Shown here piece after piece: positions 39,454-50,490 of a stretch of 64,000 nucleotides of DNA (positions are counted from its first letter, which is position 1; the number at the start of each line of letters is the position of its first letter). The notes under the pieces are model-generated. The model made no database searches. It had not been told where the DNA came from and saw only the letters and a program-made list of their open reading frames with translations. The position numbers were made by a program, and so were the translations under genes. The DNA is from Prochlorococcus sp. AG-355-B18 (lineage in GTDB: Bacteria > Cyanobacteriota > Cyanobacteriia > PCC-6307 > Cyanobiaceae), in contig QCDI01000010.1 of the NCBI GenBank assembly GCA_003280965.1, forward strand, positions 13,581 through 77,580, given 5' to 3'.

Positions 39454-41250
39454 ATGTCATCTTCGATAAAAGAAATTAGGAATGTTGCAATTATTGCTCA
39501 CGTAGATCATGGGAAGACAACTCTTGTGGACGCATTGTTATCTCAATCAGGAATATTTAGAGACAATGAAGTTATCCCCACATGTGTAATGGATTCAAAT
39601 GATCTTGAGAGAGAAAGAGGAATAACGATACTCTCAAAAAATACTGCAGTTAACTACAAAGACACAAGAATAAATATTATAGATACCCCTGGACATGCAG
39701 ATTTTGGAGGAGAAGTCGAGAGGGTTTTGGGAATGGTAGATGGTTGTTTACTTATTGTTGATGCAAATGAGGGGCCGATGCCTCAAACAAGATTTGTTTT
39801 AAAAAAAGCATTAGAAAAAGGACTTAGGCCTATAGTCTTTGTAAATAAAATTGATAGACCAAGAGTAGTACCAGAAATAGCAATTGATAAGGTTCTTGAT
39901 TTATTTCTAGAATTAGGAGCTGATGATGATCAATGTGATTTCCCTTATCTTTTTGGAAGTGGCCTATCTGGATTCGCAAAAGAAGAGATGGAATCTACTA
40001 GTGACAATATGATGCCTCTTTTTGAGGCAATTATAAGACATGTTCCACCTCCAGTAGGTGACTCAAACAAGCCTCTTCAGCTACAAATAACTACTTTGGA
40101 CTATTCTGATTTCTTAGGCAGAATTGTAATTGGAAAAATTCATAATGGAACCATCAAAAATGGTCAACAAGCTAGTTTAATTAAAGAAAATGGAAAAACT
40201 ATTAAAGGTAAAGTTAGTAAACTACTAGGATTCGAAGGATTACGAAGAATCGATATAAATGAAGCATTTGCAGGGGATATCGTTGCTGTTTCTGGTTTCG
40301 ATGACGTCAATATTGGTGAGACCATAGCATGTCCTGATTCTCCTCATCCTCTCCCATTAATTAAAGTTGATGAACCGACCTTAAATATGACCTTTGTTGT
40401 GAATGATTCCCCTTTTGCGGGAAAAGAAGGGAAATTTGTTACGAGTAGACAATTAAAAAATAGATTGGAGAGGGAACTTTTAACAAATGTTGCTCTTAGA
40501 GTAGAAGAAACTGATTCTCCAGACAGGTTCTCAGTCTCGGGTAGAGGAGAATTACATTTAGGGATTTTGATTGAAACGATGAGGAGAGAAGGGTTTGAGT
40601 TTCAAATCTCACAACCTCAGGTAATTTTTAGAGTAATTGAAAATGTTGAATGTGAGCCTATAGAGACTTTGGTTTTAGATGTACCTGAAGTTGCTGTGGG
40701 TTCATGTATAGAGAAACTCGGATCAAGAAAGGCAGAGATGAAAAACATGCAAACTAGTTCAGATGGGAGAACTCAATTAGAATTTCTTGTGCCATCAAGA
40801 GGACTAATTGGATTTCGTGGTGAATTTGTTCGGATAACGAGGGGTGAAGGTATAATGAGTCACTCTTTTTATGAATATAAACCTAAAACAGGAGATTTTG
40901 AAACTAGGAGAAATGGGGTTCTTATAGCTTTTGAGGAAGGGGTGGCAACATTCTACGCATTAAAGAATGCTGAAGATAGAGGAGTTTACTTTATTAAACC
41001 TGGAGTTAAAGTCTATAAAGGAATGATAATTGGAGAGAATAATCGACCTCAAGATCTTGAACTTAATATATGTAAAACTAAGCAGCTAACTAATATGAGG
41101 TCAGCAGGAGCAGAAGAACTTGATACTTTGCAGTCACCTGTTGATATTACCCTTGAAAGGGCACTTGAATATATTGGTCCAGATGAAATGCTAGAGGTAA
41201 CACCAGATTCAATAAGAATGAGAAAATTAAATAAGAAGAAAAAAAATTAA
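39454..41250 (+). CDS. typA: Translational GTPase TypA/BipA
   Basis: [21 protein letters not shown] and GRGELHL. Confidence 0.98.
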   Translation: MSSSIKEIRNVAIIAHVDHGKTTLVDALLSQSGIFRDNEVIPTCVMDSNDLERERGITILSKNTAVNYKDTRINIIDTPGHADFGGEVERVLGMVDGCLLIVDANEGPMPQTRFVLKKALEKGLRPIVFVNKIDRPRVVPEIAIDKVLDLFLELGADDDQCDFPYLFGSGLSGFAKEEMESTSDNMMPLFEAIIRHVPPPVGDSNKPLQLQITTLDYSDFLGRIVIGKIHNGTIKNGQQASLIKENGKTIKGKVSKLLGFEGLRRIDINEAFAGDIVAVSGFDDVNIGETIACPDSPHPLPLIKVDEPTLNMTFVVNDSPFAGKEGKFVTSRQLKNRLERELLTNVALRVEETDSPDRFSVSGRGELHLGILIETMRREGFEFQISQPQVIFRVIENVECEPIETLVLDVPEVAVGSCIEKLGSRKAEMKNMQTSSDGRTQLEFLVPSRGLIGFRGEFVRITRGEGIMSHSFYEYKPKTGDFETRRNGVLIAFEEGVATFYALKNAEDRGVYFIKPGVKVYKGMIIGENNRPQDLELNICKTKQLTNMRSAGAEELDTLQSPVDITLERALEYIGPDEMLEVTPDSIRMRKLNKKKKN

Positions 41251-41261
41251 TAAATAATTTT

Positions 41262-41630
41262 ATGGATGAAGAAAGTACAACAAGTTTTAAGGATTCCCTT
41301 TTTACTGCTTTAAATCTTTTTAATAATCATTATTGGTACGAGGCTCATGATGCTTTTGAAGAAATTTGGAATACTGTTGATGGTGATGAAAGACAAGTCA
41401 TTCAAGGAATTTTACAAGTATCTGTTTCTCAGTTCCACTTAGGTAAGGGAAATTTAAATGGAGCTACTATTTTGCTTGGAGAGGGTTTAGGTAGAATAAA
41501 AACCAGAACCAAGATTAATTTAGGTATTGATCTAGAGTCCTTTTGCCAATGTTTAGAGAATTTATTGAGAAAATTACAATATAAAGAGACATTAAATGAG
41601 AGTGATAAACCTTTTTTGAAACCTCTTTGA
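41262..41630 (+). CDS. DUF309-family protein
   Basis: LFN...WYEAHDAFEEIW and QGILQVSV...H pattern. Confidence 0.85.
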   Translation: MDEESTTSFKDSLFTALNLFNNHYWYEAHDAFEEIWNTVDGDERQVIQGILQVSVSQFHLGKGNLNGATILLGEGLGRIKTRTKINLGIDLESFCQCLENLLRKLQYKETLNESDKPFLKPL

Positions 41631-41724
41631 AACATATGAATATATTTTTCTCTTTAACTAAAGTTTTGTTTTATCTTTCATTCTTTTTTCAAGGACATAA
41701 GATTACTTATCAATCTCAAGCAAG

Positions 41725-42453
41725 ATGAACTTAAAAATTCAAAATGTATCTCTTTCAATTAAGGGAAGGTTTATCGTCAATGATGTTTCTATAACTGTAA
41801 AGCCAGGAGAGGTTGTAGGTTTAATGGGACCTAATGGTGCAGGGAAAACTACCACTTTTAATCTTGCAGTTGGGAATATAAAACCTGATAAAGGGGAAGT
41901 TTTAATGAATGGTAAAAATATCACTAATCTTCCACTCCCTATTAGATCAAGACTTGGGTTGGGTTATTTAACACAGGAGGCTAGTATATTTAGAAACCTC
42001 ACTGTTAAAGACAATATAGATTTGGCTTTACAGAATTCATCTTATAGTCGAGCGGCAATAAGAAACAGAAGAGAGCAATTAATTAATGAATTTAATTTGA
42101 ATAATTTTGTAGATAATTACGGGTATCAACTTTCAGGAGGAGAAAGAAGGAGGTGCGAGATAGCTAGAGCTCTTACTGTAGGAAGAAAAGGGCCTAAATA
42201 TTTATTATTAGACGAACCTTTCGCTGGAATTGATCCTCTAGCTGTTAATGATTTAAAGAAACTAATTCTCAAATTAAGTGGTAATGGGGTAGGGATTCTT
42301 ATTACAGATCATAACGTGAGGGAGACCCTATTAATTACCAACAAATCCTATGTTTTAAGTGAAGGAAAAATCCTAGCCTACGGATCATCAAGTGAATTAG
42401 CAGATAATCCAATAGTCAAAAAGTATTATCTAGGAGATAATTTCAGACTTTAA
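41725..42453 (+). CDS. lptB: LPS export ABC ATPase LptB
   Basis: GPNGAGKTT, LSGGERRR, LLDEPFAGIDP, ITDHNVRETL and YLGDNF. Confidence 0.9.
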   Translation: MNLKIQNVSLSIKGRFIVNDVSITVKPGEVVGLMGPNGAGKTTTFNLAVGNIKPDKGEVLMNGKNITNLPLPIRSRLGLGYLTQEASIFRNLTVKDNIDLALQNSSYSRAAIRNRREQLINEFNLNNFVDNYGYQLSGGERRRCEIARALTVGRKGPKYLLLDEPFAGIDPLAVNDLKKLILKLSGNGVGILITDHNVRETLLITNKSYVLSEGKILAYGSSSELADNPIVKKYYLGDNFRL

Positions 42454-42567
42454 AATTCTTTTTGCATAAGGAATTAAAACTTAATTATTAAAGATTTACT
42501 CATTTAAGAATGATTTAAATTATTATTTGGTTGTCATTGAATATTAAAACTGGATAAATTTCTAGAA

Positions 42568-43497
42568 ATGATACTAGATAATATTTTTAAAAATTTAATA
42601 TATGACCCGGTTTCAATTTTAGGAGTTTTAGTCTTTTATATTTTATTAGTAAATTTACCGATATGTTTAACCGCAGTTTTTAAAAAAAAGTCTTCTTTTA
42701 CCGTAAGAATACTTACGATACTAGTGAATCTATTCATAACATTACAATTACTTTTTAGGTGGTCAATTTCTGGACATTTCCCTATTAGCAATTTATATGA
42801 ATCTCTTTATTTCCTTACTTGGGGGCTCACAATGGGACAACTATTGATTGAGAGGGAATATCAATCTCCAATAATTCCCTCAGTTGCAATACCTATTGAG
42901 TTACTTACTGTGGCTTTTGCTTGTTTTGTTTTGCCTGACGATTTGAAATTATCATCTAACTTGGTTCCAGCTTTAAGATCTAGCTGGTTGGTTATGCATG
43001 TTAGCGTTGTAATGCTTAGTTACGCGGCACTAATAATAGGTTCTTTACTTTCAGCTTCTGTCTTGTTCGTGAATAAAAATAAACCGCTTCAAATTAGAAG
43101 TAGTTCTACAGGTATAGGAGGTTTCAAAATATCGAATAACTATTCTTTTAATGATTTAGTTGATCCAATTGAATTTTCTCATTCAGAAGAATTAGATACA
43201 TTAAGTTATCGTTCTATATTAATTGGTTTTGTTCTTTTAACTCTAGGTTTAATCACAGGAGCAGTTTGGGCTAATGAAGCATGGGGCACATGGTGGAGCT
43301 GGGATCCAAAAGAAACATGGGCATTTATATCATGGTTGTTTTATGCTGCTTATCTGCATATGAGAATAAGTAAAGGTTGGCAAGGAAGAAGACCAGCTTT
43401 ATTAGCGACGACAGGTTTCCTGGTGGTTTTAGTATGTTATTTAGGAGTTAATTTTTTAGGCATAGGTTTACACAGTTATGGCTGGATATTTGGTTGA
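42568..43497 (+). CDS. ccsA: Cytochrome c biogenesis protein CcsA
   Basis: WWD motif WANEAWGTWWSWDPKETW, plus GHFPISNLYES and LHSYG. Confidence 0.95.
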   Translation: MILDNIFKNLIYDPVSILGVLVFYILLVNLPICLTAVFKKKSSFTVRILTILVNLFITLQLLFRWSISGHFPISNLYESLYFLTWGLTMGQLLIEREYQSPIIPSVAIPIELLTVAFACFVLPDDLKLSSNLVPALRSSWLVMHVSVVMLSYAALIIGSLLSASVLFVNKNKPLQIRSSSTGIGGFKISNNYSFNDLVDPIEFSHSEELDTLSYRSILIGFVLLTLGLITGAVWANEAWGTWWSWDPKETWAFISWLFYAAYLHMRISKGWQGRRPALLATTGFLVVLVCYLGVNFLGIGLHSYGWIFG

Positions 43498-43516
43498 TTT
43501 ATTATCTACCAAATAT

Positions 43517-44275
43517 TTATTGAGGTTCTGAAAGAACCTTCCCATTTTGTGCTTCTTGAGCAACTTTTCTCAGGTCATCACATCCCTCTTTTAAAGTTGG
43601 ATATGCAAACATTCCACTGCCTGCAATAAAACAATTAGCACCGGCATCAGCACACTGAGAAATAGTCCAATTTGCTTTTATTCCTCCATCGACTTCAATA
43701 TCGACATTTAAGTTTTTTTCGATAATAAAGTTTCTTATTTTTCTAATTTTATTGAGCATTGTTGGGATATAAGCTTGTCCACCAAAACCTGGATTAACTG
43801 TCATAACCAAAACATGATCAACCATATCCATGATGTTTTCAATCATTTCAAAAGGAGTATGTGGATTTAGCGCGACAGAAGGAGATCCTCCTAGATCTCT
43901 TATTCTTCCAAGAACTCTATGTAGATGAATATTTGCTTCGGCATGAGCTATTACTACTCCAGGTTCTCCATTGGCTCCTTTTGAAGCTTTTACGTAAGAT
44001 TCAAGCATGGTTTCACAATTGTATTGGCTAACCATTAATTGGGTTTCAAAAGGGACATCGCAATATTTTCTGCATGCAGCAATCATCTCAGGACCAAAAG
44101 TGAGGTTAGGGACGAAATTTCCATCCATTACATCAAATTGAATTCTATCTACTCCAGCTTCCTCAAGTTCTTTTACACATGCCCCCATATTTGCCCAATC
44201 TGCTGGTAAAACAGAAGGAATTATTTGAATTGGTCTATTAACACCAGCTAAATTTGTTTGATTTGACTCAGTCAT
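43517..44275 (-). CDS. rpe: Ribulose-phosphate 3-epimerase (atypical metal site)
   Basis: DVMDGNFVPNLTFG, MTVNPGFGGQ and EVDGG are present. The two canonical His ligands read Gln46 and Gln79. Confidence 0.92.
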   Translation of the reverse strand: MTESNQTNLAGVNRPIQIIPSVLPADWANMGACVKELEEAGVDRIQFDVMDGNFVPNLTFGPEMIAACRKYCDVPFETQLMVSQYNCETMLESYVKASKGANGEPGVVIAHAEANIHLHRVLGRIRDLGGSPSVALNPHTPFEMIENIMDMVDHVLVMTVNPGFGGQAYIPTMLNKIRKIRNFIIEKNLNVDIEVDGGIKANWTISQCADAGANCFIAGSGMFAYPTLKEGCDDLRKVAQEAQNGKVLSEPQ

Positions 44276-44463
44276 TTAATTTTTAAAATATTTAATAAAG
44301 ATACTATATTTAGTTGTTTATTCCTAATTTCAAGTCACGGCCTGATAAAGTAACAGCTGTAATGAGTTAAAAAAAGCTTATTTGCATAATAATTCTCATA
44401 AAAAATGGCATTTTTTATGAGATCATACTCAAAACCTTTTAGAAAATCCTCAAAAATTTAATT

Positions 44464-45465
44464 GTGAATCAAACTTTAATTCAAGAAATACTCGAAGTTG
44501 TCGAGCAAGCAGCAATCGCCTCAGCAAAGCTAACAGGACTAGGTCAAAAAGATGAAGCTGATGCTGCAGCTGTAGAAGCAATGAGATTGCGAATGGGCAA
44601 AATTGAAATGAAAGGGAAAATTGTTATTGGAGAAGGTGAAAGAGATGAAGCACCTATGCTTTATATAGGTGAAGAGGTAGGGAGTGGAAGTGGACCAGGG
44701 GTTGACTTTGCTGTAGATCCTTGTGAAGGAACTAATCTTTGTGCAAATAATCAAAGAGGTTCTATGGCAGTTTTGGCAGCTTCTGATACCGGCGGACTTT
44801 TTAATGCTCCTGATTTTTACATGAATAAATTAGCAGCTCCGCCTGCTGCTAAAGGGAAAGTTGATATTAGAAATTCAGCTACTGAAAACTTGAAAATACT
44901 TAGTGATTGCTTGGATCTTTCTATTGATGAACTAACTGTTGTTGTTATGGATAGAACAAGACATAAGGATTTAATTAAAGAGATTCGAGGATGTGGCGCA
45001 AAAGTACAGCCGATTTCTGATGGTGATGTTCAAGCTGCGATTGCATGTGGATTTGCAGGAACAGGAACACATTGCTTGATGGGTATTGGTGCAGCTCCAG
45101 AAGGTGTTATTTCGGCAGCTGCGATGAGAGCTCTTGGAGGACACTTTCAAGGACAATTAGTTTATGATCCAGCAATTGCTCAAACTTCTGAATGGGCTGA
45201 TTATACAAAAGAAGGGAATATAAAACGTCTCAATGAAATGGGCATAACTGATATAGACAAAATCTATGAAGCAAACGAACTTGCATCGGGAGAAAACGTT
45301 GTGTTCGCTGGAAGTGGAATAACCGATGGATTATTATTTGATGGAGTTAAATTTGAAAGGGATTGTGTTAGAACAAGCAGTTTAGTAATTAGTACATTAG
45401 ATAGCACTGCAAGATTCACAAATACTGTCCATATAAAAGATGGTGCAAAGAGTATCAGCCTTTAA
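44464..45465 (+). CDS. glpX: Fructose-1,6-/sedoheptulose-1,7-bisphosphatase class II
   Basis: [23 protein letters not shown] and DGDV. Confidence 0.97.
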   Translation: MNQTLIQEILEVVEQAAIASAKLTGLGQKDEADAAAVEAMRLRMGKIEMKGKIVIGEGERDEAPMLYIGEEVGSGSGPGVDFAVDPCEGTNLCANNQRGSMAVLAASDTGGLFNAPDFYMNKLAAPPAAKGKVDIRNSATENLKILSDCLDLSIDELTVVVMDRTRHKDLIKEIRGCGAKVQPISDGDVQAAIACGFAGTGTHCLMGIGAAPEGVISAAAMRALGGHFQGQLVYDPAIAQTSEWADYTKEGNIKRLNEMGITDIDKIYEANELASGENVVFAGSGITDGLLFDGVKFERDCVRTSSLVISTLDSTARFTNTVHIKDGAKSISL

Positions 45466-45483
45466 AAATTTATTTTTGATTTT

Positions 45484-46794
45484 ATGCATATTGTTGTCGT
45501 CGGACTGAGTCATCGCACGGCACCTGTCGAAGTGCGTGAGAAGTTAAGTATTCCTGACCAATCCATAACAGAATCACTGAAAGCATTAAAAGCTTTCTCT
45601 GATGTATTGGAGGTGTCAATTTTAAGTACTTGTAATAGGCTAGAAATTTATGCGCTAGTTAAGGATAAAAATACTGGAATTTCATCTATTAAAGAATTTA
45701 TATCAGATTATTCTGGAATTATTTTTGAAGATTTAAATCCACATCTTTTTTGCTTTAGACAAGAAGATGCAGTTTTGCATTTGATGAAAGTTTCTGCAGG
45801 ACTCGATAGCCTCGTTTTAGGAGAAGGACAAATCCTTTCACAAGTAAAAAAAATGATGAGATTAGGTCAAGAGAATCAATCTACTGGGCCCATTCTTAAT
45901 AGATTATTAACTCAATCAGTTAGTACAGGTAAAAAAGTTAGATCCGAAACAAGTTTGGGAACTGGAGCTGTATCAATCAGTTCAGCAGCAGTGGAACTTG
46001 CTCAATTAAAAATTGGCCAAGAAAAGGGGTTTGATACTCTTGTAAGTTTGGAATCAGAGAAAGTTCTTGTAGTTGGGGCTGGTCGAATGAGTAGGCTTTT
46101 AATAACTCATTTAAAATCAAAAGGATGCAATAAACTTGTACTTGTTAATAGAAATATTGATAGAGCATTAAATCTTGCTTTAGATTTCCCAGACTTAGAA
46201 ATTATTTGTAAAGGATTGAATGAATTAGATGAAAATATATCATTATCCTCTCTTGTTTTTACTAGTACCGCATCAGAAGAGCCAATAATTGATTTCGCTA
46301 AAATTGAAAAATTAAATTTGAGCAGTCAACTTAAATTTATTGATATAGGTGTACCAAGAAATATATCTAATGATGTTAAACAACATCAATTTGTACAATC
46401 ATTTGATGTAGATGATTTACAAGAGGTAGTTTCAAGAAATCAAGAATTCAGACAAAAAATTGCAAAGGAAGCAGAATCTTTAGTAGAAGAAGAAAGAATC
46501 ATTTTTCTAGAATGGTGGGCAAGTCTTGAGGCGGTTCCAGTAATTAACAAACTTAGATCAGATTTGGAGTTAATTAGAAAGGAGGAATTGCAAAAAGCAC
46601 TTAGTAGAATGGGCCCAGATTTTTCTGCTAGAGAAAGAAAAGTTGTGGAAGCACTGACTAAAGGAATTATCAATAAAATACTTCACACACCTGTTACTAA
46701 GTTGAGAAGTCCTCAATCAAGAGAAGAAAGACAAGCTTCTTTAAAAATCGTTGAAAAATTGTTTTCTTTAGTGGATGAGGATAAAAATAGCTAA
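45484..46794 (+). CDS. hemA: Glutamyl-tRNA reductase
   Basis: STCNRLE, GLDSLVLGEGQI and GAGRM. Confidence 0.97.
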   Translation: MHIVVVGLSHRTAPVEVREKLSIPDQSITESLKALKAFSDVLEVSILSTCNRLEIYALVKDKNTGISSIKEFISDYSGIIFEDLNPHLFCFRQEDAVLHLMKVSAGLDSLVLGEGQILSQVKKMMRLGQENQSTGPILNRLLTQSVSTGKKVRSETSLGTGAVSISSAAVELAQLKIGQEKGFDTLVSLESEKVLVVGAGRMSRLLITHLKSKGCNKLVLVNRNIDRALNLALDFPDLEIICKGLNELDENISLSSLVFTSTASEEPIIDFAKIEKLNLSSQLKFIDIGVPRNISNDVKQHQFVQSFDVDDLQEVVSRNQEFRQKIAKEAESLVEEERIIFLEWWASLEAVPVINKLRSDLELIRKEELQKALSRMGPDFSARERKVVEALTKGIINKILHTPVTKLRSPQSREERQASLKIVEKLFSLVDEDKNS

Positions 46795-46922
46795 ATTTTC
46801 TTTATTTATATTAAGTTTTTCAAGTGATTTATCGAAATACCTTCGTAAACTGACCATTCCTATTTCTAAATCTGCCTATAATCAGTTACTTTAAATAGTT
46901 GTATCTACCTCCATTAGATTGA

Positions 46923-48218
46923 ATGAAGCATGTGTTGGCCATCATCCTCGGAGGAGGAAAAGGTTCTAGACTTTATCCCTTAACAAAAATGAGGGCAAAA
47001 CCTGCTGTTCCATTAGCAGGAAAGTATCGTTTAATTGATATCCCAATTAGTAACTGTATTAATTCAGGTATAGAAAAAATGTACGTATTGACTCAGTTCA
47101 ACAGTGCATCTCTAAATAGACATATAGGAAGAACTTATAATCTTAATGGACCTTTTGGTCAAGGTTTTGTGGAGGTATTAGCCGCCCAACAAACACCTGA
47201 TAGTCCAAAGTGGTTTGAAGGTACTGCAGATGCTGTAAGAAAATACCAATGGTTATTTCAAGAATGGGACGTTGATGAGTACTTAATATTGTCAGGTGAT
47301 CAATTATATAGAATGGATTACAGTTTATTTGTTCAACATCATAGAGATAATGGTGCTGATTTAACTGTTGCCGCATTACCTGTTGACGAAGCTCAGGCAG
47401 AAGGTTTTGGTCTAATGAGAACAGATGATTTAGGTAATATTAAGGAATTCAGTGAAAAGCCTACTGGAGAGAAGTTGAAGGCAATGGCAGTAGATACTTC
47501 GAAATTTGGATTAAGTAAGGAGTCAGCTGCCGAAAAACCTTATTTAGCCTCTATGGGTATTTACGTTTTTAGCAGAAATACTCTTTTCGATCTTCTAAAT
47601 AAATATCCTAGTTATACGGATTTTGGTAAGGACATAATTCCAGAAGCACTGCATAGGGGAGATACTCTTAAAAGTTATGTATTCGATGATTATTGGGAAG
47701 ATATTGGAACCATTGGCGCATTCTTTGAGTCAAATCTTGCATTGACTGAGCAACCAAAACCTCCATTTAGTTTTTATGATGAAAAATTTCCAATCTATAC
47801 AAGACCTAGATTTCTTCCTCCCTCTAAACTCGTAGATGCTCAAATTACTGATTCAATAGTCTGTGAAGGTACAATCTTGAAGTCCTGCAGTATTTTGCAT
47901 TGTGTTTTAGGTGTGAGAAGTAGAATTGAAAGTGATTCTGTTCTAGAAGACACTTTAGTGATGGGTGCCGATTTCTTTGAATCCCCTGAAGAAAGAATTG
48001 AATTAAGGAAAGGAGGCGGAACACCTCTTGGTGTAGGTGAAGGAACCACTGTAAAAAGAGCAATTCTTGATAAGAATACAAGGATTGGTGATAATGTCGT
48101 AATCATTAATAAAGATCGAGTAGAAGAAGCAGATAAGCCAGAATTAGGCTTCTATATAAGAAATGGAATTGTTGTAGTAGTTAAAAATGCAACTATCGCA
48201 AACGGAACTGTTATTTAA
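46923..48218 (+). CDS. glgC: Glucose-1-phosphate adenylyltransferase
   Basis: [14 protein letters not shown]...AKPAVP and FSEKP. Confidence 0.98.
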   Translation: MKHVLAIILGGGKGSRLYPLTKMRAKPAVPLAGKYRLIDIPISNCINSGIEKMYVLTQFNSASLNRHIGRTYNLNGPFGQGFVEVLAAQQTPDSPKWFEGTADAVRKYQWLFQEWDVDEYLILSGDQLYRMDYSLFVQHHRDNGADLTVAALPVDEAQAEGFGLMRTDDLGNIKEFSEKPTGEKLKAMAVDTSKFGLSKESAAEKPYLASMGIYVFSRNTLFDLLNKYPSYTDFGKDIIPEALHRGDTLKSYVFDDYWEDIGTIGAFFESNLALTEQPKPPFSFYDEKFPIYTRPRFLPPSKLVDAQITDSIVCEGTILKSCSILHCVLGVRSRIESDSVLEDTLVMGADFFESPEERIELRKGGGTPLGVGEGTTVKRAILDKNTRIGDNVVIINKDRVEEADKPELGFYIRNGIVVVVKNATIANGTVI

Positions 48219-48313
48219 ATCTTTTCGATCATTTTTCGCTGACATAAGTATTTTTTTTGAGCAATTTTGTTGAGTTGCAGGCACACTATATTTATTGAGT
48301 TTTTTAATTTTTT

Positions 48314-49732
48314 ATGTCCAAGGCACATTTCGGTTTAATAGGTCTTGGTGTTATGGGCGAAAATTTAGTTCTTAACGCAGAAAGAAATGGATTTTCTAGT
48401 GTAGTTTTTAATAGGACTTACTCAAAAACTGAAGAATTTTTACAAGGTCGAGGCCTTGGGAAGAATATTGAGGGAGCTGAAACTCTTCAAGAATTTGTTA
48501 ACAAGCTAGAGAGACCTAGAAGAATTCTAATGATGGTAAAAGCTGGACCCGCAACAGATGCTGTCATAGATAACATTTCTGGATATCTCGAGGAAGGAGA
48601 TTTATTAATAGATGGTGGTAATTCTCAATTTAAAGATACAGAAAGAAGGGTAAGCACTCTTGAAAGTAAAAGTTTTGGATACATTGGAATGGGAGTCTCA
48701 GGTGGTGCTAAAGGAGCTCTAGAAGGGCCAAGTATGATGCCTGGTGGTACTAAGGCTTCATATGATGCAATAGAAAGCCTATTGACAAAAATGGCTGCCA
48801 AAGTTGAAGACGGACCATGTGTTGCATATGTTGGACCGGGAGGCTCAGGTCATTTTGTGAAAACTGTTCATAACGGAATTGAATATGGAATTGAGCAAAT
48901 ACTCGCAGAAGCTTATGACCTTATGAAGAGAGTCAAAGGTATGAATGGAAAACAGATGTCAGAGGTATTTGGTATTTGGAATAATACTGATGAATTATCT
49001 TCCTATCTTGTTGAGATAACAGAGATTTGTCTAGATACACAAGATGAGATAACTGGAGATGATGTCGTTGAGAAAATATTAGATAAAGCTGGCCAGAAAG
49101 GTACTGGGTTATGGACTGTAGTAAGTGCTTTAGAACTGGGGGTATCAGTCCCAACTATTTATGCCTCTTTAAATGCAAGAGTAATGAGTTCTTTAAAAGA
49201 GCAACGTAGTGAGATTGAAAAAACTATTCCAGCCACAGAAATAGAAGATTTTGATTTAGGAAATATAACTGATGGAATGAAACCTTTATTTGATGCTGTA
49301 GTCCTTGCCACAATCGCTAGCTATGCCCAAGGTATGGATATCTTAAGAGAAGCATCTGCAGTATATAACTATGGTTTGAATATGCCATCAATTGCTCAGA
49401 TATGGAAAGGTGGTTGCATAATTAGATCAAAATTATTAAGTAAAATTCAAGATGCTTATAACAAAGACCCTAATCTAAAAAATTTAATTTTTGATGATTG
49501 GTTCAATAATGAAATTGCGATGAGATTAGATAACTTAGCTAATGTGGTTTCTTTATCCACAAAAGCTGGTATACCAGTCCCATGTCTGTCCAGTACTTTA
49601 GATTATTTGAATAGTTATAGAACCAATAGACTTCCCCAGAATCTTGTTCAGGCAATGAGAGATTGTTTTGGCTCTCATACATATGAAAGAATTGATATGG
49701 AAGGTAGTTTTCATACTGAATGGATGAAATGA
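48314..49732 (+). CDS. gnd: 6-phosphogluconate dehydrogenase (decarboxylating)
   Basis: GLGVMG, VHNGIEYG, QKGTG and RDCFGSHTY. Confidence 0.98.
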   Translation: MSKAHFGLIGLGVMGENLVLNAERNGFSSVVFNRTYSKTEEFLQGRGLGKNIEGAETLQEFVNKLERPRRILMMVKAGPATDAVIDNISGYLEEGDLLIDGGNSQFKDTERRVSTLESKSFGYIGMGVSGGAKGALEGPSMMPGGTKASYDAIESLLTKMAAKVEDGPCVAYVGPGGSGHFVKTVHNGIEYGIEQILAEAYDLMKRVKGMNGKQMSEVFGIWNNTDELSSYLVEITEICLDTQDEITGDDVVEKILDKAGQKGTGLWTVVSALELGVSVPTIYASLNARVMSSLKEQRSEIEKTIPATEIEDFDLGNITDGMKPLFDAVVLATIASYAQGMDILREASAVYNYGLNMPSIAQIWKGGCIIRSKLLSKIQDAYNKDPNLKNLIFDDWFNNEIAMRLDNLANVVSLSTKAGIPVPCLSSTLDYLNSYRTNRLPQNLVQAMRDCFGSHTYERIDMEGSFHTEWMK

Positions 49733-50460
49733 TTGAAAAGGTCAAAAACGGATACACCATAAACATATACAAAGACAAGTTAGAACTATCAAAAGAGGTT
49801 TTTAAGTTTATTGAAAGCCATATTATTGCTCATACATTAAAAAATAAAGAAAGATTTAAATTTTGTGTAAGTGGAGGCTCAACTCCTAAGTCTGTGTATC
49901 AACTGCTTTCTAAAAGCAATCTTAAATGGGATTTTGTTGATGTCTTTTTAGGAGATGAAAGATGTGTTGATCCAAATTCAGAATTAAGTAACTCGTTAAT
50001 GTTGAAGAATTCATTGTTAACTAATTTTGGATCTAAAGCTTTTTTTTATGAGATTTTCAATGATTTAAATGCTGATGATGAAGCTACAAAAAATCAATTT
50101 ATTTCAAAATTAATTGAAAAATGCGGATCAAACCCTCCAACCTTTGATTTAACATTATTAGGTCTTGGAGATGATGGTCATACAGCCTCATTATTCCCTT
50201 ACCAAGAAAATAATAATGTAGATGATTTTGTTATTTTTAATGAAGGTAAAGGATTAAAAAGAATTTCATTAACTCCAAAGGTCCTTTCAGCCTCTTCAAA
50301 GATAGTATTTTTGGTTAGTGGTGCCTCTAAAAGAATTGCTCTTGAGAGGTTATTAGATGAAAAAGAGCCACCAGATAGAACACCATCAAAATTAATAAAA
50401 TCTATTAATCAAATTTCAATATTTTGTGATCAGGAATCAGCAAAAGAATTAGAAATTTAG
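49729..50460 (+). CDS. pgl: 6-phosphogluconolactonase
   Basis: SGGSTP, GDERCV and LGLGDDGHTASLFP; ATGA overlap with the gnd stop. Confidence 0.95.
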   Translation: MIEKVKNGYTINIYKDKLELSKEVFKFIESHIIAHTLKNKERFKFCVSGGSTPKSVYQLLSKSNLKWDFVDVFLGDERCVDPNSELSNSLMLKNSLLTNFGSKAFFYEIFNDLNADDEATKNQFISKLIEKCGSNPPTFDLTLLGLGDDGHTASLFPYQENNNVDDFVIFNEGKGLKRISLTPKVLSASSKIVFLVSGASKRIALERLLDEKEPPDRTPSKLIKSINQISIFCDQESAKELEI

Positions 50461-50490
50461 TTAAAGTCTATTAATAATTTTAATTATTTA

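Noticed and set aside
44341..44375. RpaB/HLR1-like direct repeat in the rpe-glpX spacer
   Set aside because: Half-sites are degenerate and spaced 9 nt rather than 10.
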